Source: Sphagnum compactum
Taxonomy: Eukaryota
Assembly (NCBI GenBank): GCA_965153455.1
Contig: OZ234494.1
Location: 1,612,001 to 1,676,000, forward strand
Direction: 5' to 3'
Length of the DNA: 64,000 nt
Positions within the stretch are counted from its first letter, which is position 1. The number at the start of each line of letters is the position of its first letter. A model generated the notes under the pieces. The model was not told the DNA's origin and did not search any database. It saw nothing but the letters and a program-made list of their open reading frames with translations. A program made the position numbers and the translations under genes. This document shows positions 13,758 through 28,240 of the stretch, piece by piece.

Positions 13758-16700
13758 TTAGGTTGTCTGGTGAGAAAGTTGGAAGAGATCTAGAGCTAGA
13801 AAGTCTCTAGAATTAGAGCTTGAGAGTCTTTAATATTATCATAGGATTTTGTCAAGTGCAAAAGAGAAACGGGAAAAGGAAAGAATGTGAAGAAAAAGAA
13901 AAGAAAAAAAAAGGTGAAAGGATATTAACATATCAAAGGTTGTGGAAGTCAAATCTTTAAATCTAGATCTAGATCTACTGTGAAAAGATCTTGGAGTGAA
14001 ACCTAAAGAGATAAGAGAAGATTATAAAACACTTTTATTCTCAACTTTTCAAAAGAAAAGGATATGTTTTGTGAGAGTTATGAGCTTTTGAAAACTTTGT
14101 GCCAGATCTGGTTCTTTGGTCATATCTCATTTTTTTGAGTTTTTTTGGATCTATAACTTTGGGATCTTATAGATCATAAAGGAATACATATGTGAGAAAT
14201 TTCATGTCATTTAGATATGTATTGAGAGAGATCCAAGTATTTAAAGTTTCAGCCTCAATTTTGAAGTTAGTTTCTTTTGAAAGTGATAACTATTTGTGGT
14301 CATCAGCAATAGAGCTGAAATTTTGATCAAATATAAAAGAAATATATTTAATGTGTCTCTCAAAATCTCAAGGAGTTTGGAGTTGCTGAGAGCGAGTTGT
14401 AAGTCATTTTGTGTTCAGGTCCCAGTTTGAGGTGATTTCAAGAAAGTAGCAAGATCTCTCATTTTATGAAATTAAATGAGCTGACATTTTGAGAGATGGT
14501 AGTAGACATAGTTTTTCATGTTTCACCAAAATTTCAGAACGATCCAAGGTCATATGTGAGCGAACAGTTTTGCAAAGTTGCTGTGGCAAAAGTTTACATT
14601 GAGAAGACATCAAAACGAATTTTGAAGTGGAGTGAATACAATTTGGGAGAACTTGAAGGAAGGGCTTTGAAGATTGGGAAGCGCAAATACATTATCAAAA
14701 CCTTCATACAAAAGTTTGGTACGTAATCATGTACTTAATACCATACAAAATATTATAAGAGATACGTACACATACGTAAAACCTATGTATAGTATAAAAT
14801 TTCGTATAATATTCAAGACGTACATACATATGCAAGGTCCATCTTATTTAGCCATAACCCTAACCTTAATCCTAGAAACCTAAGGAAGGAAGACCCTAAT
14901 CCTAATCCTAGAAACCCAAGGAAAGAAATAAAATATTTTGTGAAACCCCAAGAAGACATTGAGAGTTGTCTTGAGAGATGGTGGACGGTCTTTCTCAAAT
15001 TGCAATTAAGAAATTAGACAAAAACAATTTCCAAGTGTGGAAATTTAGGATTATGAATTTTTTGATGGGGAAAGGTTATTGGGAGTTCATAACTGGTGAT
15101 GAGAAAAAACCTCCTCTCCCAGAAAACCCCACATAACAACAAATTCAAACCAATAAAACTTGATTTGAAAAAGTAAGGAAAGTCTTGTATTGGCTTTCTA
15201 TGAGTGTGTCTGATTCCATGATTGTGCATATTCAAGATGCACAATCACCCAAGCAAGCTTGGGATACATTAGTGAAGATGTATAACACCAATATATAAGC
15301 GCGCAAAATGTAGCTCAAACAAGAGTTGCATAGTTTATAAAAAAACAAGATGAACATCAATGACTATTCTACAAAGGTGAAAAACCTTGCAGATGCTCTT
15401 GCATCTATAGGAGCCCCAGTAGATGATGAAGATCTAGTGGCCGTGACCTTGAATGGACTTGGAAAAGACTATAGTTAGTTCCGTACTTCAATTGCAATTC
15501 GAAAAACATTTCCCGATTTCTAAGACTTGATAACCTTACTTATAAATGAAGAGATGAGAATTGTTGGCACTTTATCCAATGGCGGATCACAAGAAAATGT
15601 TTTCTATTCAAATACTAATAGAGGTAGAGGTAGAGGTGGTAAAACTTCATTTCGAGGTCGACACGGAAGCTCGCATGGTGGACATCATCAACATGAAGGT
15701 CAACCTCATGGAGGTGGACGAAAAAACTTTGGAGGAAGAGGAAGTTGCGAAAGTCGTGGAGGTCGTGGTGGAGGTCATCGAGGTCAACAACCAAATAATG
15801 ACTCAAACTACTACTACTACGAGAAACCTGAGCACATGGCAAAGAATTGTTATCAAAGGGAGCATGATGCATGAAATGGAAAGCTGTAACAAGGGAATTA
15901 TGCATCAACTAGCAATCAAGGTGATGAGCAACTATTTGTGATGCAGCACATGGCAAATTCAATGATAGGAGGTGTATTAGATAACAATGTCTGGTATGTG
16001 GATTCTAGAGCTTCAAACCACATGACTAATCATGGATAATGGTTTAGAGACACAAGGGATTTGAAAACACCAGGGTTTGTGAAAAGTAGTGATGACACTA
16101 CACATCCCATCACACAAATTAGAAAGGTGCCATTGTTCATGCAAGATGGGCAAACAAAGTATTTGAAAGATGTACTTCATGTTCCAACCATAACAAAAAA
16201 TTTGGTCTTCGTAGGCCAGATGGTGGAACAAGGTTTACAGGTGACATTCAACCCTAATGGATGTTTTGTGGAAGACATGAAGAACGAAGGCAAATTGATT
16301 GCAAAAGGGGAAAGGAATGGACAAATGTTCACCTTGGATGTGAACATGCCTGAGGTGAATTCCATGTTATTCACACATGGAAAAGGAGCTAGAGACATTG
16401 GAATTTGGCACAAGCGGGTTGGCCATGTTAATCTCCAACATCTTAAGTTGATGGATAAACAAAATCTTGTTGGAGGTCTTCCCAAATTTGGAACAGAAAA
16501 AGTGATGTCAAAAGTTTGTGAAGCATGCCAATTGGGGAAGCAAGCTAGGCATCCATTCCCAGATCAAACAATTCATGTGAGTTCCAAACCTTTGGAAATG
16601 ATCCACTCAGATGTGTGGACCACAAAGACAGAATCCACTGGAGGATGCAAGTACTACGTGAATTTCATTGATGACCACACAAGGAAGGCGTGGGTCTACT

Positions 16701-18507
16701 TCATGAAACACAAAGGTGAAGTGTTTCAACATTTTTTGAATTTCAAAGCAATGGTGGAGAAGGAGAAAGGTGTGAGCATCAAATGCTTAAGGTCCGATGG
16801 AGGGGGAGAGTATTTTTCAAATGACTGTAGTGAATACTTGAAGGAGCATGGAATTCAAAGGAAGTACTCATGTAGTTACTCCCCACAGCAAAATGGAGTT
16901 GTTGAAAGGAAGAACAGGCACATTGCAGAAATAGCACGTGCCATGTTGAATGAGAAAAATTTGCCAAATTACTTTTGGGCTGAAGCGGTAGCAACTACAG
17001 TCTATATCATGAATCGAACACCCACAGCGGCAGTTCATGGCATGACACCTGAAGAAAAATTCACAGGCAAAAAACCAGATGTCTCACACCTCAGAGTGTT
17101 TGGTTGCATTGCATACGTGCATGTTCCTGACGAGAAGAGATCAAAACTAGACCCAAAAGCTGAGAAGTGTATCTTCATTGGATATTTTTTAGAACAAAAA
17201 TGATATGGATGCTTCAACCCTTCCACTCGAAGGTTGCAAATGAGTAGAGATGTTGTGTTTGATGAGATGGTTAGCTGGTACTCACCACTGAAGATAGTAG
17301 ATGGAGAGGCTAGAAATGGTGATGTTTCATCAAATGTGGAACAAGAATCATAATTAATTAGTGGACCACAAGAGTCTTCAATTAGTGGGTCCAATAGCAC
17401 TCCATGGAAAGGAAAATTAAGATTTTCAAACATTGTACATGGTAGTTCTCAAACATCATCTAGAAATTTCCATGTAGATGGTGAGTCAAGTGATTTAGAG
17501 AAGAGTGTGGGTGAAGAATCAAAAATCCCTTCAGTTACTACTCCTGAAGCTCGGATGGCCAAGAAAACTTTGAAAACACCTGACAACAACAATGGAGTAC
17601 GAAGATCCACACGGTCAAGTACCCTGTACAAAGACTGACATATGATGGCTTTGTAGCTCATCATTACGCATACATGGTGAGAGTTATACAGGAGGTTGAA
17701 CCCACTTGTTTCGAACAGGCGGTTGGAAACCCTAAATGGGATAATGCCATGGATGAAGAGATGACGACATTGGATGCTAATGCTACTTGGGAATTGGTAG
17801 CTTAACCAAAGGAAAAGAAAGTAATTGGGTGCAAATGGGTGTACAAAGTCAAGCACAATGTAGATGGATCTGTGAACAGATACAAAGCAAGATTGGTTAC
17901 CAAAGGTTATGCCCAAACTTATGGCATAGACTATGAGGAGAGCTATAGTCCGGTTGCCAAAATGACAACTGTAAGAGCAATCGTTACTATGGCAACAGCA
18001 AATGGATGTAAAGAATGTTTTTCTTCATGTAGATTTACAGGAAGAGGTGTACATGGAACAACCACCAGGTTATGTTGACCAAACACATCCTAATTTGGTT
18101 TGTAGGTTGAAGAAAACTTTGTACGGCTTGAAACAAGCACCTAGAGCTTGGTTAGACAAGATAGGTCAATATCTTGTCATAAGTGGATTTCAAACATCCA
18201 ATGCAGATTTTTCACTATATGTGAAAAAGATAGATCATGGGATTGTAGTCATAGTCATCTATGTTGATGATTTGATTATCACAGGAGATAGTGATGTAGA
18301 TATCTTTGATTTGAAGAAGCTTTTGAAGCAAAAGTTTGAAATGAAGGATTTGGGAGAATTGCGTTACTTCCTCGGCATTGAGGTAATCTAGTCTCCTAAA
18401 AGGATATGGTTACTACAAAGGCAATATGCCTTGAACAAATTGTCCGAATATGGGATGACGAGTTGTAAACCCATTTCAATTCCATTCGAGCAAAATGTGA
18501 AGTTAAG

Positions 18508-19329
18508 TGTCGTAACCCTACTTTGAGAGAGTGTGAGAATGAGACTCACATTCCCGAAATGGGGACTTGGGAGCCCTTTGGGACTCCCAAAACTTCAGAA
18601 TTCGATTGCAGGGGTCAAAACACCTTGCATTGAGGAATTCTTTATATCATTAAAAAGCTATCGAAGTGTAGATGTCGAAAATGGGCTTGCATAAGCCATT
18701 TGGACATCTGCTGCACAAGTTATGCCCAAAAGAAGGGCCGAGAATCAAACTAGCAGTTTGACTCCCGACCACTAAAAGTCGGGAATCGACCCGACCCCGG
18801 TGCCTGTAGGTAAAGTGCGACACAAAGTTGGAAAGCTCTCAACAAGAGCTACAACTTTGCTTTAAACCTCGTCCCAATCGGAGGTCTGAGCAAATAGTTA
18901 TAGCCTCGCAAAGTTGCAGGAGTCCAAACCGGGACAATTTCGGGACTCCTCCTTGGGAGTCCCGGGACAAAAAGCCATTCGGATGTAGGCTCCGCGGAGG
19001 GACGTAGAGAATACTATATGGGGGAAGGTGGTGGCTTCCCCAGAGTCCGGGCCGTGGTGAGTCTTGTGAATCCAGAATCCCCCGTGGCTTGTCCTAGCAC
19101 TTAAGGTGCTCCAGAAAGTGATCTAACCAACTTATTGGTTGGTTTGATACAGATTCGAGTGAGTAACTAAAAGCTTGTCACTTTTCCTAGTCCCATCCCG
19201 GAGCTTCAGCACGCCCCTCTACCCTTTTTATTGCTGAGAGCTAGGAGCGTGCTCCGAATTCCTCACAATTCCGCTGTTTGAGTAGCTTAGACCCATCTTG
19301 GGTCTAACTAGGAACTTGGGAGTGCGTCA
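18508..19329. mobile_element. 822-bp solo-LTR nested in the copia RT
   Basis: TGTCGTAACCC...GGAGTGCGTCA flanked by TTAAG at 18503-18507 and 19330-19334. Removing it restores the RT reading QNVKLS-ANEGDLVEDTTMYR. Confidence 0.93.
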
Positions 19330-20037
19330 TTAAGTGCAAATGAAGGAGACCTTGTGGAGGATACCACTATGTACAGGTGCATAGTGGGAAGTTTGATTTA
19401 CATGACCATCACAAGGCCAAATTTGAGTTATGCAATTGGAGTGGTGAATCAATTCATGCAAACACCACAAAAGCCACATTTGGATGCAGTGACGTGCATA
19501 CTGAGTACATAAAACATACTTTGCAGTGTGGAATTTTTTATGAAGCCAAGAGCCAATTACAAGTACATGGATACACGAATGTTAATTGGGCTAGTAATGT
19601 TTCAGATAGAAGATCAACAAGTGGTTTCATGTTTTCTTTTGGAAGTGGTGCTATTAGTTGGAGCAGTAAGAAACAACCAACAATTGCACTATCAAGCATG
19701 AAGGTAGAATACAAAGGCGCAACAATTGTTGCATGTGAAGTAGTTTGGTTACAAAAACTACTCTCAGATTTGGGACAGTCAGTGGATGTTCCTATTATCA
19801 TTTATTGTGATAACATTAGTAGCATACTACTTGCTAACAACCCGGTCTATCATGCTAGGACAAAGCACATTGAGGTGCACTACCACTTTATTAGAAAAAA
19901 AGTTCTAGCAAAAGAAATTAACCTTATTCATGTTAGTATTGAAGATCAAGTTGTTAACATTTTCACAAAAGCTTTAGGTACAGACAAGCTAAGGAAGTTT
20001 AGAAAAATGTTTGGTGTACTGGAAGTGGATTTGAGCT

Positions 20038-20047
20038 TAAAGGGGAG
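20038..20047 (+). promoter_or_regulatory. Polypurine tract
   Basis: AAAGGGGAG directly precedes the 3' LTR. Confidence 0.85.
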
Positions 20048-20360
20048 TGTTGAGAATTCAAGTTCAACTAGTTAGGTTTCATTAGTTTCTGGAATAGGAA
20101 AGTAATTAGGTTACTTTCACAAGGTTGAATTACTTTATTTACTTATATTAGTTTGGTTATCTGTGGTTTGGTCTTTTAATTAAATACCTTGGTGTTTATA
20201 GTTTGGTTTTCTTTTCTTCATTGCACAAGTTTGTGTATTTCGTGTGACAAGAACCTTGAGGAGTTCTTGAGGTTATGTTTCGTGTTGTGAGCATCATGTT
20301 TTAGTTTTCTTTCAATAAAGATTTATGTTTGCACTTGAGTAGGTGTTCTATTTGTTAACA
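20048..20360 (+). repeat. 3' LTR of the copia element
   Basis: Direct repeat of 13433-13745, followed by the TSD AAAAC. Confidence 0.97.
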
Positions 20361-23300
20361 AAAACATACTAATTATTTAGGTTAAAATATTGAGTCTATT
20401 TTGATTAAACGTCTCTTAATGTTTGTTTTGATTTAATTGTCTAATGATGTGTAAATGTCCATTATGACAAAAATGATTGAAACTACTAGTTGGCATGGCA
20501 ATATTAATTTTTAAAAATTTAGATAATAAATGATCTTAATAAAATTAACATCTTTTAAATTTTTTATTATTTTGGATTGAATTATGGACAAATGCAGAAC
20601 TTTGACTTGTGATTACAATGCCAAAAAAAAGTTTTTTATTTTCCTTTTTCAAGTTGACTCCCAAACCTACAATAGATTGTCATAACAATGTCATGTTCAC
20701 AACATGTTCAAAGTAAAATTTGACTTTCACCTTTTCAACCACAATTTGAGGTTTGCCATCCAACCATCAGTTCACATGGTGACAAAATTGTTATTATAAA
20801 CCATATACACACACATTGTTTTGAATATTTACACATGATAAGCTTATTACATAATTAGATAATTTCATAATGAAATTGATTGCAGATGTACATCACTAAT
20901 ATCATTATTTATTTTAAATCATAATTTTCTAGGGGAAAACCCTAGGAAGAATAATTGTATTAAAATTTATTTTTTAAAAATCACGATGAAATGAATGTCA
21001 GTTCTAAAATTTATATAATTAATATGCAGATTTCTTTAGTTCATATTTATTTTTAAGAATTAATATTTTAAATTTCCAATTTAAAGATGTTAATTGAGTT
21101 CAAAATTTTCACATGCACAATAATTGTGTTCTATTTTGTGTGTGCATTTTGTGCCTTACAGCTTTAACACAAGGCCTTTAAACACATGTGATGAACTCTC
21201 CTTTGGGTGTAACTCACATAAAGACCAAAGCTTTAAGCATGTGGGTGATTTTAATTCAAGACATGTATGTTTCATGCATTGTGTTATGTAAATGTTGTGT
21301 GCAATTTTAATTCATTTAATCTACCATGGTGTTATAAGGATACTATATGAAAATAATTTGCGTAGGTCCAAACCCACGCAAGCTATAGGGCTACCTTTTG
21401 CTTTAATGTGGGTTGAAGTCCCAAATTTCTCAAACCTCCAATTTTCAAGTGGTGGCTTGATGTGGACATGTGGTCCATTGCATGTTTTACTTGATAGAAT
21501 TCTCTTTTACATAATACCTTTAATTCTTACATGAGACTTCCTTCTATGTTTTGCTTTGTTTCAAATGAAGGAACACTTCATTGCACATAGAACATGAAAT
21601 GTAACATCAAATTGGGGACAAGCAAATTAAACACCATCACCGCAAGCACTTTGGGAGGGCGGAGAGAGGGGGGAAGGAAAAACTTACCAATTAATGAAAC
21701 TACTCTAAAGACAAGTCATAGCACCATCTAATAGTCAGCCCATTGTGCGAACAAAGGGCAAATTGAGCGCCCCATGGCTTGTCGAAATATTGAAAAAAAT
21801 AATCATGAGCAAAAGGGGTCCTTTTAGTATTTTGAAGCTTGGATTGCCAAGCTAATTTAGTTTACTTCACAACACTTGTCCAAATGAATTGCTTAACTTG
21901 GTGAATGCTCATACAGCCAGATGCACAAAAGACTTTTTGATTTCTAATAATCCATATTGTCCAAAGTTTAACTCCACATACCTTAGTACCTTGACCAATT
22001 CAACACTAATTATATATTTTTCAGAAATGTTGAGAATTTCAAAATTTATTTCTTCCAAATCAAAACATATTTTGAAGGAAAATAGTGGATATTTAAGAAT
22101 ATTCTATTTGTTGAAATGAATGTTTCAAAATTAATTGATTATTCGACGAACATGTGTTGAAATGGCCAAGGTACTACGATATTTCTTTAAACCTTTCAAC
22201 CTCTTTAGCAAAGTTCTACAAAGCACACAATGTTCAAATGTGAGATGGCCACGAGTGCAATTCTTTCATTCTCTTATATAACTATGGTAATAAACATATT
22301 TACAATGACATATCTGAATTTTATTACACAAATTTCACAATCAAATATAATAAAAGGTGCAACACTTTCATATATATTTAATATGGCTAAAAGTGTGATA
22401 CCTTCCTCTTTTTGCAAAACTTTCATCATTTAGTATGGCAAAAACTGTAATTCCATAATTGTACTTGCACAACCTTCAATATTAAACATGGCCAAGTCTC
22501 ACCCAACTTCTCATCAGAATTTTCAGCTTTGATTTTTGACTTGTTTATTGAACCTTAAACACACTTTGGTTTGCCATGTTTTGCTTAAATCCATATTTAT
22601 ATTGGATTCATTGATAACAATTTGATAAATCAAACATGAAATATGGTAAATTCATTATACATCAAGTATTATGCAACATTTGGACAAAATGAGACAAACT
22701 CAAAAGTGAAAATATGAAAGATAACAATCCTTAGTTTAGTGAACCAACTTGGTTTCATATTCAACCCATCTAGCCTAGTTGCTACAGAAATCTTGTTAGA
22801 ACCATCAATCTTCCTTGCTTACACAAAATTGATTAACAATGTCAACTACCTTTGGGCGCGGTGGTGTGTGTGAAACCAGCATTACAAAGTTGCATGTGAA
22901 ATAAACTCCTCAATCACAAACTACTCCTCTATTATGTTACAAATGCTGATCGAAATAAAAGAACATGCATTACTTTTTTTTTAAAAATGAAAAGTAAAAC
23001 AAACACTACATGAATAATTCATAAAAACGAAAAACTCATTGACCATGTAGGTACCACTCAAAGTTCTGTATTTTTCAATTTTCTGCTGTTGCATCAAGTG
23101 CAAGCATTTGAAGAAGGATTTAGAATTAACTGGCAACATGTTTCTACAACTTGTCCAAAAAGTGAAAATTTAAAAAAATTATGCCCCCACACTAAAATCC
23201 AAGTGAAAATGTGGAGAACTCTTTTTGAGATTTTTTTGTTTGAAATCTGACCATCCCCTCCCCACCCACACTCCCACTTTTTTTTTTCTCACGTTTGTGT

Positions 23301-24579
23301 GAAATTTTGCATCCAAAAAAAGGATGGTACCTTGGAATGAGGCTACTAAAAAACCTTAATTTCCTTGTCTTGACGGTACATGGAAAATTCATGGTTCCAA
23401 GTAGGGATTTGGTTTTAGGCAAAATTTTGCCTCAGTGGACCTTTTTTTGGAAAAAATAGGAATGAAAAATTGTTTTTCAAGTTTTCTTGCCATTACATTT
23501 CAGAAATTGCTTTTTTCAAAATGGCTGGAATTTACTAAGTTGTAGTAGGAGGGTCTTTTTCATAACAAAAAATTTTCAACTTTCTTTGTAGCCATATTTG
23601 CTCTAATTGTTGAAAGGATGATTGCCACCTCAGCTACATTACAAAATTGACCCCCCAAAAAAAAAGAAAAAGCACTGGGTGAACTTGGAAGTGTTAAGTC
23701 TAATGTTTTCAAAGCTCTGATAAACTTGACCTACTCAACACTAAACACCATAACTCCCAATAGAAAGGGGATTATGAGGATCTAGAGACATAAGTTGTGT
23801 CTGTAAGTGATATCTATTACCTACCAACTTCCAAGCCCATGGGCCAAGAGGAACAGAGATGGGCTACCAAGCCCAGAGTGAACCAGCTCCCACCAGTGCA
23901 CCAACGTGGATGGATGGTGCACTGATAGGATTCTCTTTCCTATCCCTGTGCTATCCCAGGTCGACTTATTTTGTTTGTCCTTTCTCAGCCCTGATCTCAG
24001 TTTGTTTTTGCAACTTTATTTTCTCCCCGCCCCCCCACCCGGTTTCCTTTTTTTAATTTTTTTGCTTTTGAAACTTTTCCCACCACCCACCTACTACCCT
24101 CCATTGTCCCCCACCGACCTACTCACCTATATATTTAAATTAAAAGTAGACTTTTCCTCATCTACCTACTCACCCATAAATTAAAAATGTGCTACACTCA
24201 TCTCCACCCACCTACCCAACCCCCATCTATTTATCTACCTACCTGCCTTTCCACCTTCCTACCTACCAACACTTTAAGTAAGTACCTACCAAACCCCACC
24301 TACATGGTTACACCTACCTACATGGTTGCCACTGCAATAGACCCCCAATGGTCGACAATGATGAGGAAAGATTAAAATGAAAGGTATTGCATGGAGCTTG
24401 CTCTTGTTCATTCAAACAAATCAGTAAAGGGACGATTAAAGCCTTTAACACTCCTTATATAAGGGTATTGCACACCAAGTGGATAATCAAAGTGATACAA
24501 AGCTCTAGTTCAATTTAGACACATTTAATGCATGTTGTATTCAAGTTCATTAAAAAAAAAATTCAATGAACATGCAATA

Positions 24580-25026
24580 TACCCCATTCTAGGTACCCTT
24601 GAAATAGTTTGGGCTCCATATCATATCTTTTGACAATTTGAGGGGTATTGCATAGCCTTTCCAAAACCTCGAAGGAATGCGATACCCTCATTGGGCCACA
24701 TGGAAATACCCCTCTCAAGGTATCCCATAAATACATGGGGCTCCATAACATATCTTTTGACACGTGAAGGGGTAATGCATAGCCCTACCAAAGGATCTCA
24801 ATACCCTCATTGCGCTACACTGTAAACACCATGGGCTGAATTATTTTGGTATGGGTTATTAGAGGCGTATTACTCATGCCCAAAACTACTTCATACACCT
24901 GCAATACCCCTTTTGAAGTATTCCATAAATACATTGGGCTGCATACCATATCTTTGACACATGACGGGGTATTGTGTAGCCCTACCAAAACCTACAAGGA
25001 AACCAATACCCTCATTAGGGTATTCT
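24580..25026. repeat. Left subterminal ~200-bp repeat units of the MULE
   Basis: GGGGTATTGCATAGCC..CCAAAACCT units with repeated AATACCC/GGGTATT motifs; reverse complement of the 34370-35895 units. Confidence 0.8.
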
Positions 25027-25029
25027 ATG

Positions 25030-28000
25030 ATTTTTCTTGTTGTTATCAATGATAATCCTTGGACCAAGCAGTGTGAAGAGTAGCAATTTTGATGTCTACT
25101 TGGCCCCTGTGTTTGAGGAGCTTATTGAATTATGGAAGGGGGTGAGGGCTGTGGATGTATTGCAACTTGTCAGAAGGAGGGAATTTACCATGAGGGCAGT
25201 CTTAATGTGGACAATCCACGATTTTCCTGCTTATGGGATAGTTTTTGGTTGCCAACACCAAGGTTATAGAGCATGCCCTCCATGTGGCATTGCTATAGTC
25301 AGCCAGTCCAAAGAACTTAGGAAACCAATTTTTTAGGGAAGTCGGAGGGGGTTGCGGAGAAACTACCCACATAGAACACATCCAAATGCAAAGCACTTTG
25401 ATGGCAAAGAGGAGGTGCGGGGGAGGCCTAAAACAACAACTACTATTGAAACATTAAGGTGAGCATAAATGATTGAAGACTGGGTGGCACCAGGTAATGT
25501 TCTGGGGCAAAGGGGTGCCCATCATAGAAAACTAGGGTGAAGCGCTGGTTAGCCCTATTTCAACTTCCGTACTAGGATGTGAGTCACACAATCGATAATA
25601 TATTTGACAAGTAGGCCAGTCATCACAAAGGAGGTACATGAAGTGTTACAATATGAAGCATATAACTATTGTTGGATGCAAATGATAATATTGTAGCTAG
25701 ATAACGTCAAAACTTTAAAAGATCTACTATCATACAAAAGGGAATTTGGTAACCTAGTTCTCAGAGTTCGAGAATAGAGTATGTTGGCAAAGGAAAGGTT
25801 ATGTCAAATCATTCTCATAACCGAGCTCAAAAATATATTCTACTACCATAAGAAAAAAAATCTTATCATTATTTTTTAGAACTATAATACAAATTCTACT
25901 ACTATAAGAGATTAGATTATTTGAACATTTTGTTTTGAGACCTCTGCTACAAGTTTTGTTGTAAGAAAAAAGACCATATCTTGTCATTTTTTTTTGAGTT
26001 TGGTTACAAGGTCTATTGCTAGATTAGAAGGAATTATCTAATAATTATGCTTTCAAAGCTCGGGTATCTATTTTGCCCATAGATGGGCTATCCAATTTAA
26101 CACTCTATTTGCATAACTTTACTTCAAATTGTCATGCCTGGAGAAGAGAGAATTTAAGGTTGATTTTGTACCTTTTAGAATTTGAAGAACATTAGTATTA
26201 ATTTTATGGTGGAAGAAGTTCAAAATGTGTAATGGCTAAAGTATAGATTCTATATAGCCACAATGGTTTTTCAGAAGCTTTCATGGTTGGTCAAAATCAT
26301 TCAATTCCTAACGTGGCATTAATTAGAAAGAGGATGAAAATTGGGTTTGTTGTGTTTCCTTCTTTTTGATTGTAAGTTATATATGCCTTGCAACTAAACC
26401 ATGTTTTCTCCATCTAACCATACTGGTGTCCCATTTGCAGCAATTACTGACCTGACACACACTAGATGTGATGCACATTGAAAAAAACATTTGTGAAAGC
26501 TTGATCAAGTTCATAATTGGAGCAAAAGACACCATCAAGGTGCAGCGTGACATGGAGGTTTGCAGCATTCGAGAGGACTTGTGGCTGAAACGAAATCCAC
26601 GTAGACCAGGGAAGATATTCAAACCCATTGCTTCATATGTCGTACTGCCATAAAAGTTGAAAACATTCCTATCCAGATTGAAGAGCTTGAAAGTGCCATA
26701 AGAATATTGTGGTTCAATAGGAAAACATATTATGGAAAAAAAACTAGGGTCAATGAAAAGCCATGACTGGCACATGTTGATGCAACAATTAATGCCATTA
26801 GGGTTGAGGGGATTAATGTAACCCCATGTTCGGTTAGCTTTGATCTGGCTCACTAGAGTTTTCTGTAGCATATGTGCGAAAGTTTGGGATCCAAGAGACT
26901 TTCAAGCATTAAGAATGATGTGGCAACCACGCTTAGCTTACTGGAATGGGAATTGCCTGCTACGTTTTTTGACATTATGACACATCTAACCTTACATATG
27001 GTAGAAGAGTTGGATGTTTGTGGACTTGTACATGCCAGGTGGATGTACCCTATTGAACGAGCATTGAAGATGTTCAAAACCTATGTAAGGAATAGGGCCC
27101 GCCCAAAGGCATCCATGGCTGAAGGGTATTATTATGATGAAACCATTGGGTTTATCACAGAATACATGCAAGATTTTTCAAATGTTTGGCATCGGATATG
27201 GGATGCAAACGAAGAAGAGGGGGTATGCAATGAAGTGTTGGAAGGTGCAGGAATCAAATTTATTCTTGATAATGGGTGTTGGGATTTGGCACATCAGTGT
27301 GTGCTCACGAATGCGAGTTGCATGGCACCATGCGTCCGGTAGTTTTACCTAACCCTAATGCCATCTTCAAAATTAATAGTAAGCATGACAATGTAGTATG
27401 CTAATGTAGCCACCAAGTAGAATCTAACATGAGAAGGAATGCAGGAAGCATGAGGAGGAGCAAGCCCGAGTGAACAACCTACGAGCAAAATTTTAGTTAC
27501 ATTGGCAAAGAGATGCTTCAACAACTGGCACAACCATATAATTTCCAGATAAACTTTCAGAAGTCACAAAGTTGGCCACTTGGGTACAAGCTGTTGTCCG
27601 GAACCACATTGCAGATGGTGGTAGGATTGAAGACATGGATGTTATGCAACTTTCAATGAAGCAACAAATGACTGTTTCAAGGTATGCAAAAGTTAGGGTG
27701 TACGATAATCATTATAGGGTTACTGTAGACAATGAAGCCACAATAATGGCCACATATGATTCTGGGGTTGCATCTATATTCCAGCAGCCACAAGCAACAA
27801 ATGAAGGCATGACACTTAGCTCCATCCAATATGTGGGTGTACTAAAGGACATAATCTTGTTAAATTACGGACCAGTGTCTCAACCAGTGGTACTCTTCAA
27901 ATGTGATTGGGTTACACCTGGGTCTGATAGGTGGGGGAATCCAACGTATAGATAGGATGAAAATGGATTTTTGCTTGCAAATTTCTGCAACTTGAAAGCG

Positions 28001-28240
28001 AAAATTATTGAACCATTTGTGTTTCCATCATAACTGCAACAAATGTTCTATGCAGATGAACCGAACACCTCCATGGTGGAAGGTTGTTCTCCACAAAGAG
28101 GTAAGGTCTAAACGCATAGTAGCTGAAAATAGTGAGGAAATTAGTATTCCTATTGACAATGTAATTGGAACAGAGGTGCCATTCATCATCCCAGAGGTAC
28201 TAAGTAACACTGCACTTGTAGGTGCCTTGACCTAATTGGA
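25030..28240 (+). pseudogene. CACTA/EnSpm TnpD-like transposase pseudogene, 5'-truncated
   Basis: Transposase_21-like motifs DVYLAPVFEEL..LW and WTIHDFPAYG..GYRACP. LDVMHIEKN. DUF4218-like FFDIMTHL..H..WMYPIER. DUF4216-like YVGVLKDII.L.Y..VLFKCDW and EPFVFP. Apparent intron 25579 (GTGAGT) to 26440 (TTGCAG). In-frame stops. Confidence 0.92.

Larger units (their letters stand above)
14978..20075 (+). pseudogene. Copia gag-pol polyprotein pseudogene (gag, protease, integrase, RT, RNase H)
   Basis: ATG at 14978 (MVDGLSQIAIKKLDKNNFQVWKF). RGG-rich region and decayed zinc knuckle (YYYYEKPEHMAKNC). Protease WYVDSRASNHM near 15990. GAG-pre-integrase WHKRVGH..CEAC; integrase [51 protein letters not shown]. 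RNase H YCDN.S..RTKHIEVHYHFIR. Multiple stops and frameshifts, interrupted at 18508-19329. Confidence 0.95.
13433..20360 (+). mobile_element. Full-length, non-functional Ty1/copia LTR retrotransposon
   Basis: Two 313-bp TG...CA LTRs, perfect 5-bp TSD AAAAC (13428-13432 and 20361-20365), PBS, PPT, and gag-PR-INT-RT-RH domain order. Confidence 0.97.

Noticed and set aside
15561-15941. VEV-rich ORF and antisense ORFs in the copia element
   Set aside because: Shadow frames of the RGG-rich gag and pol regions.
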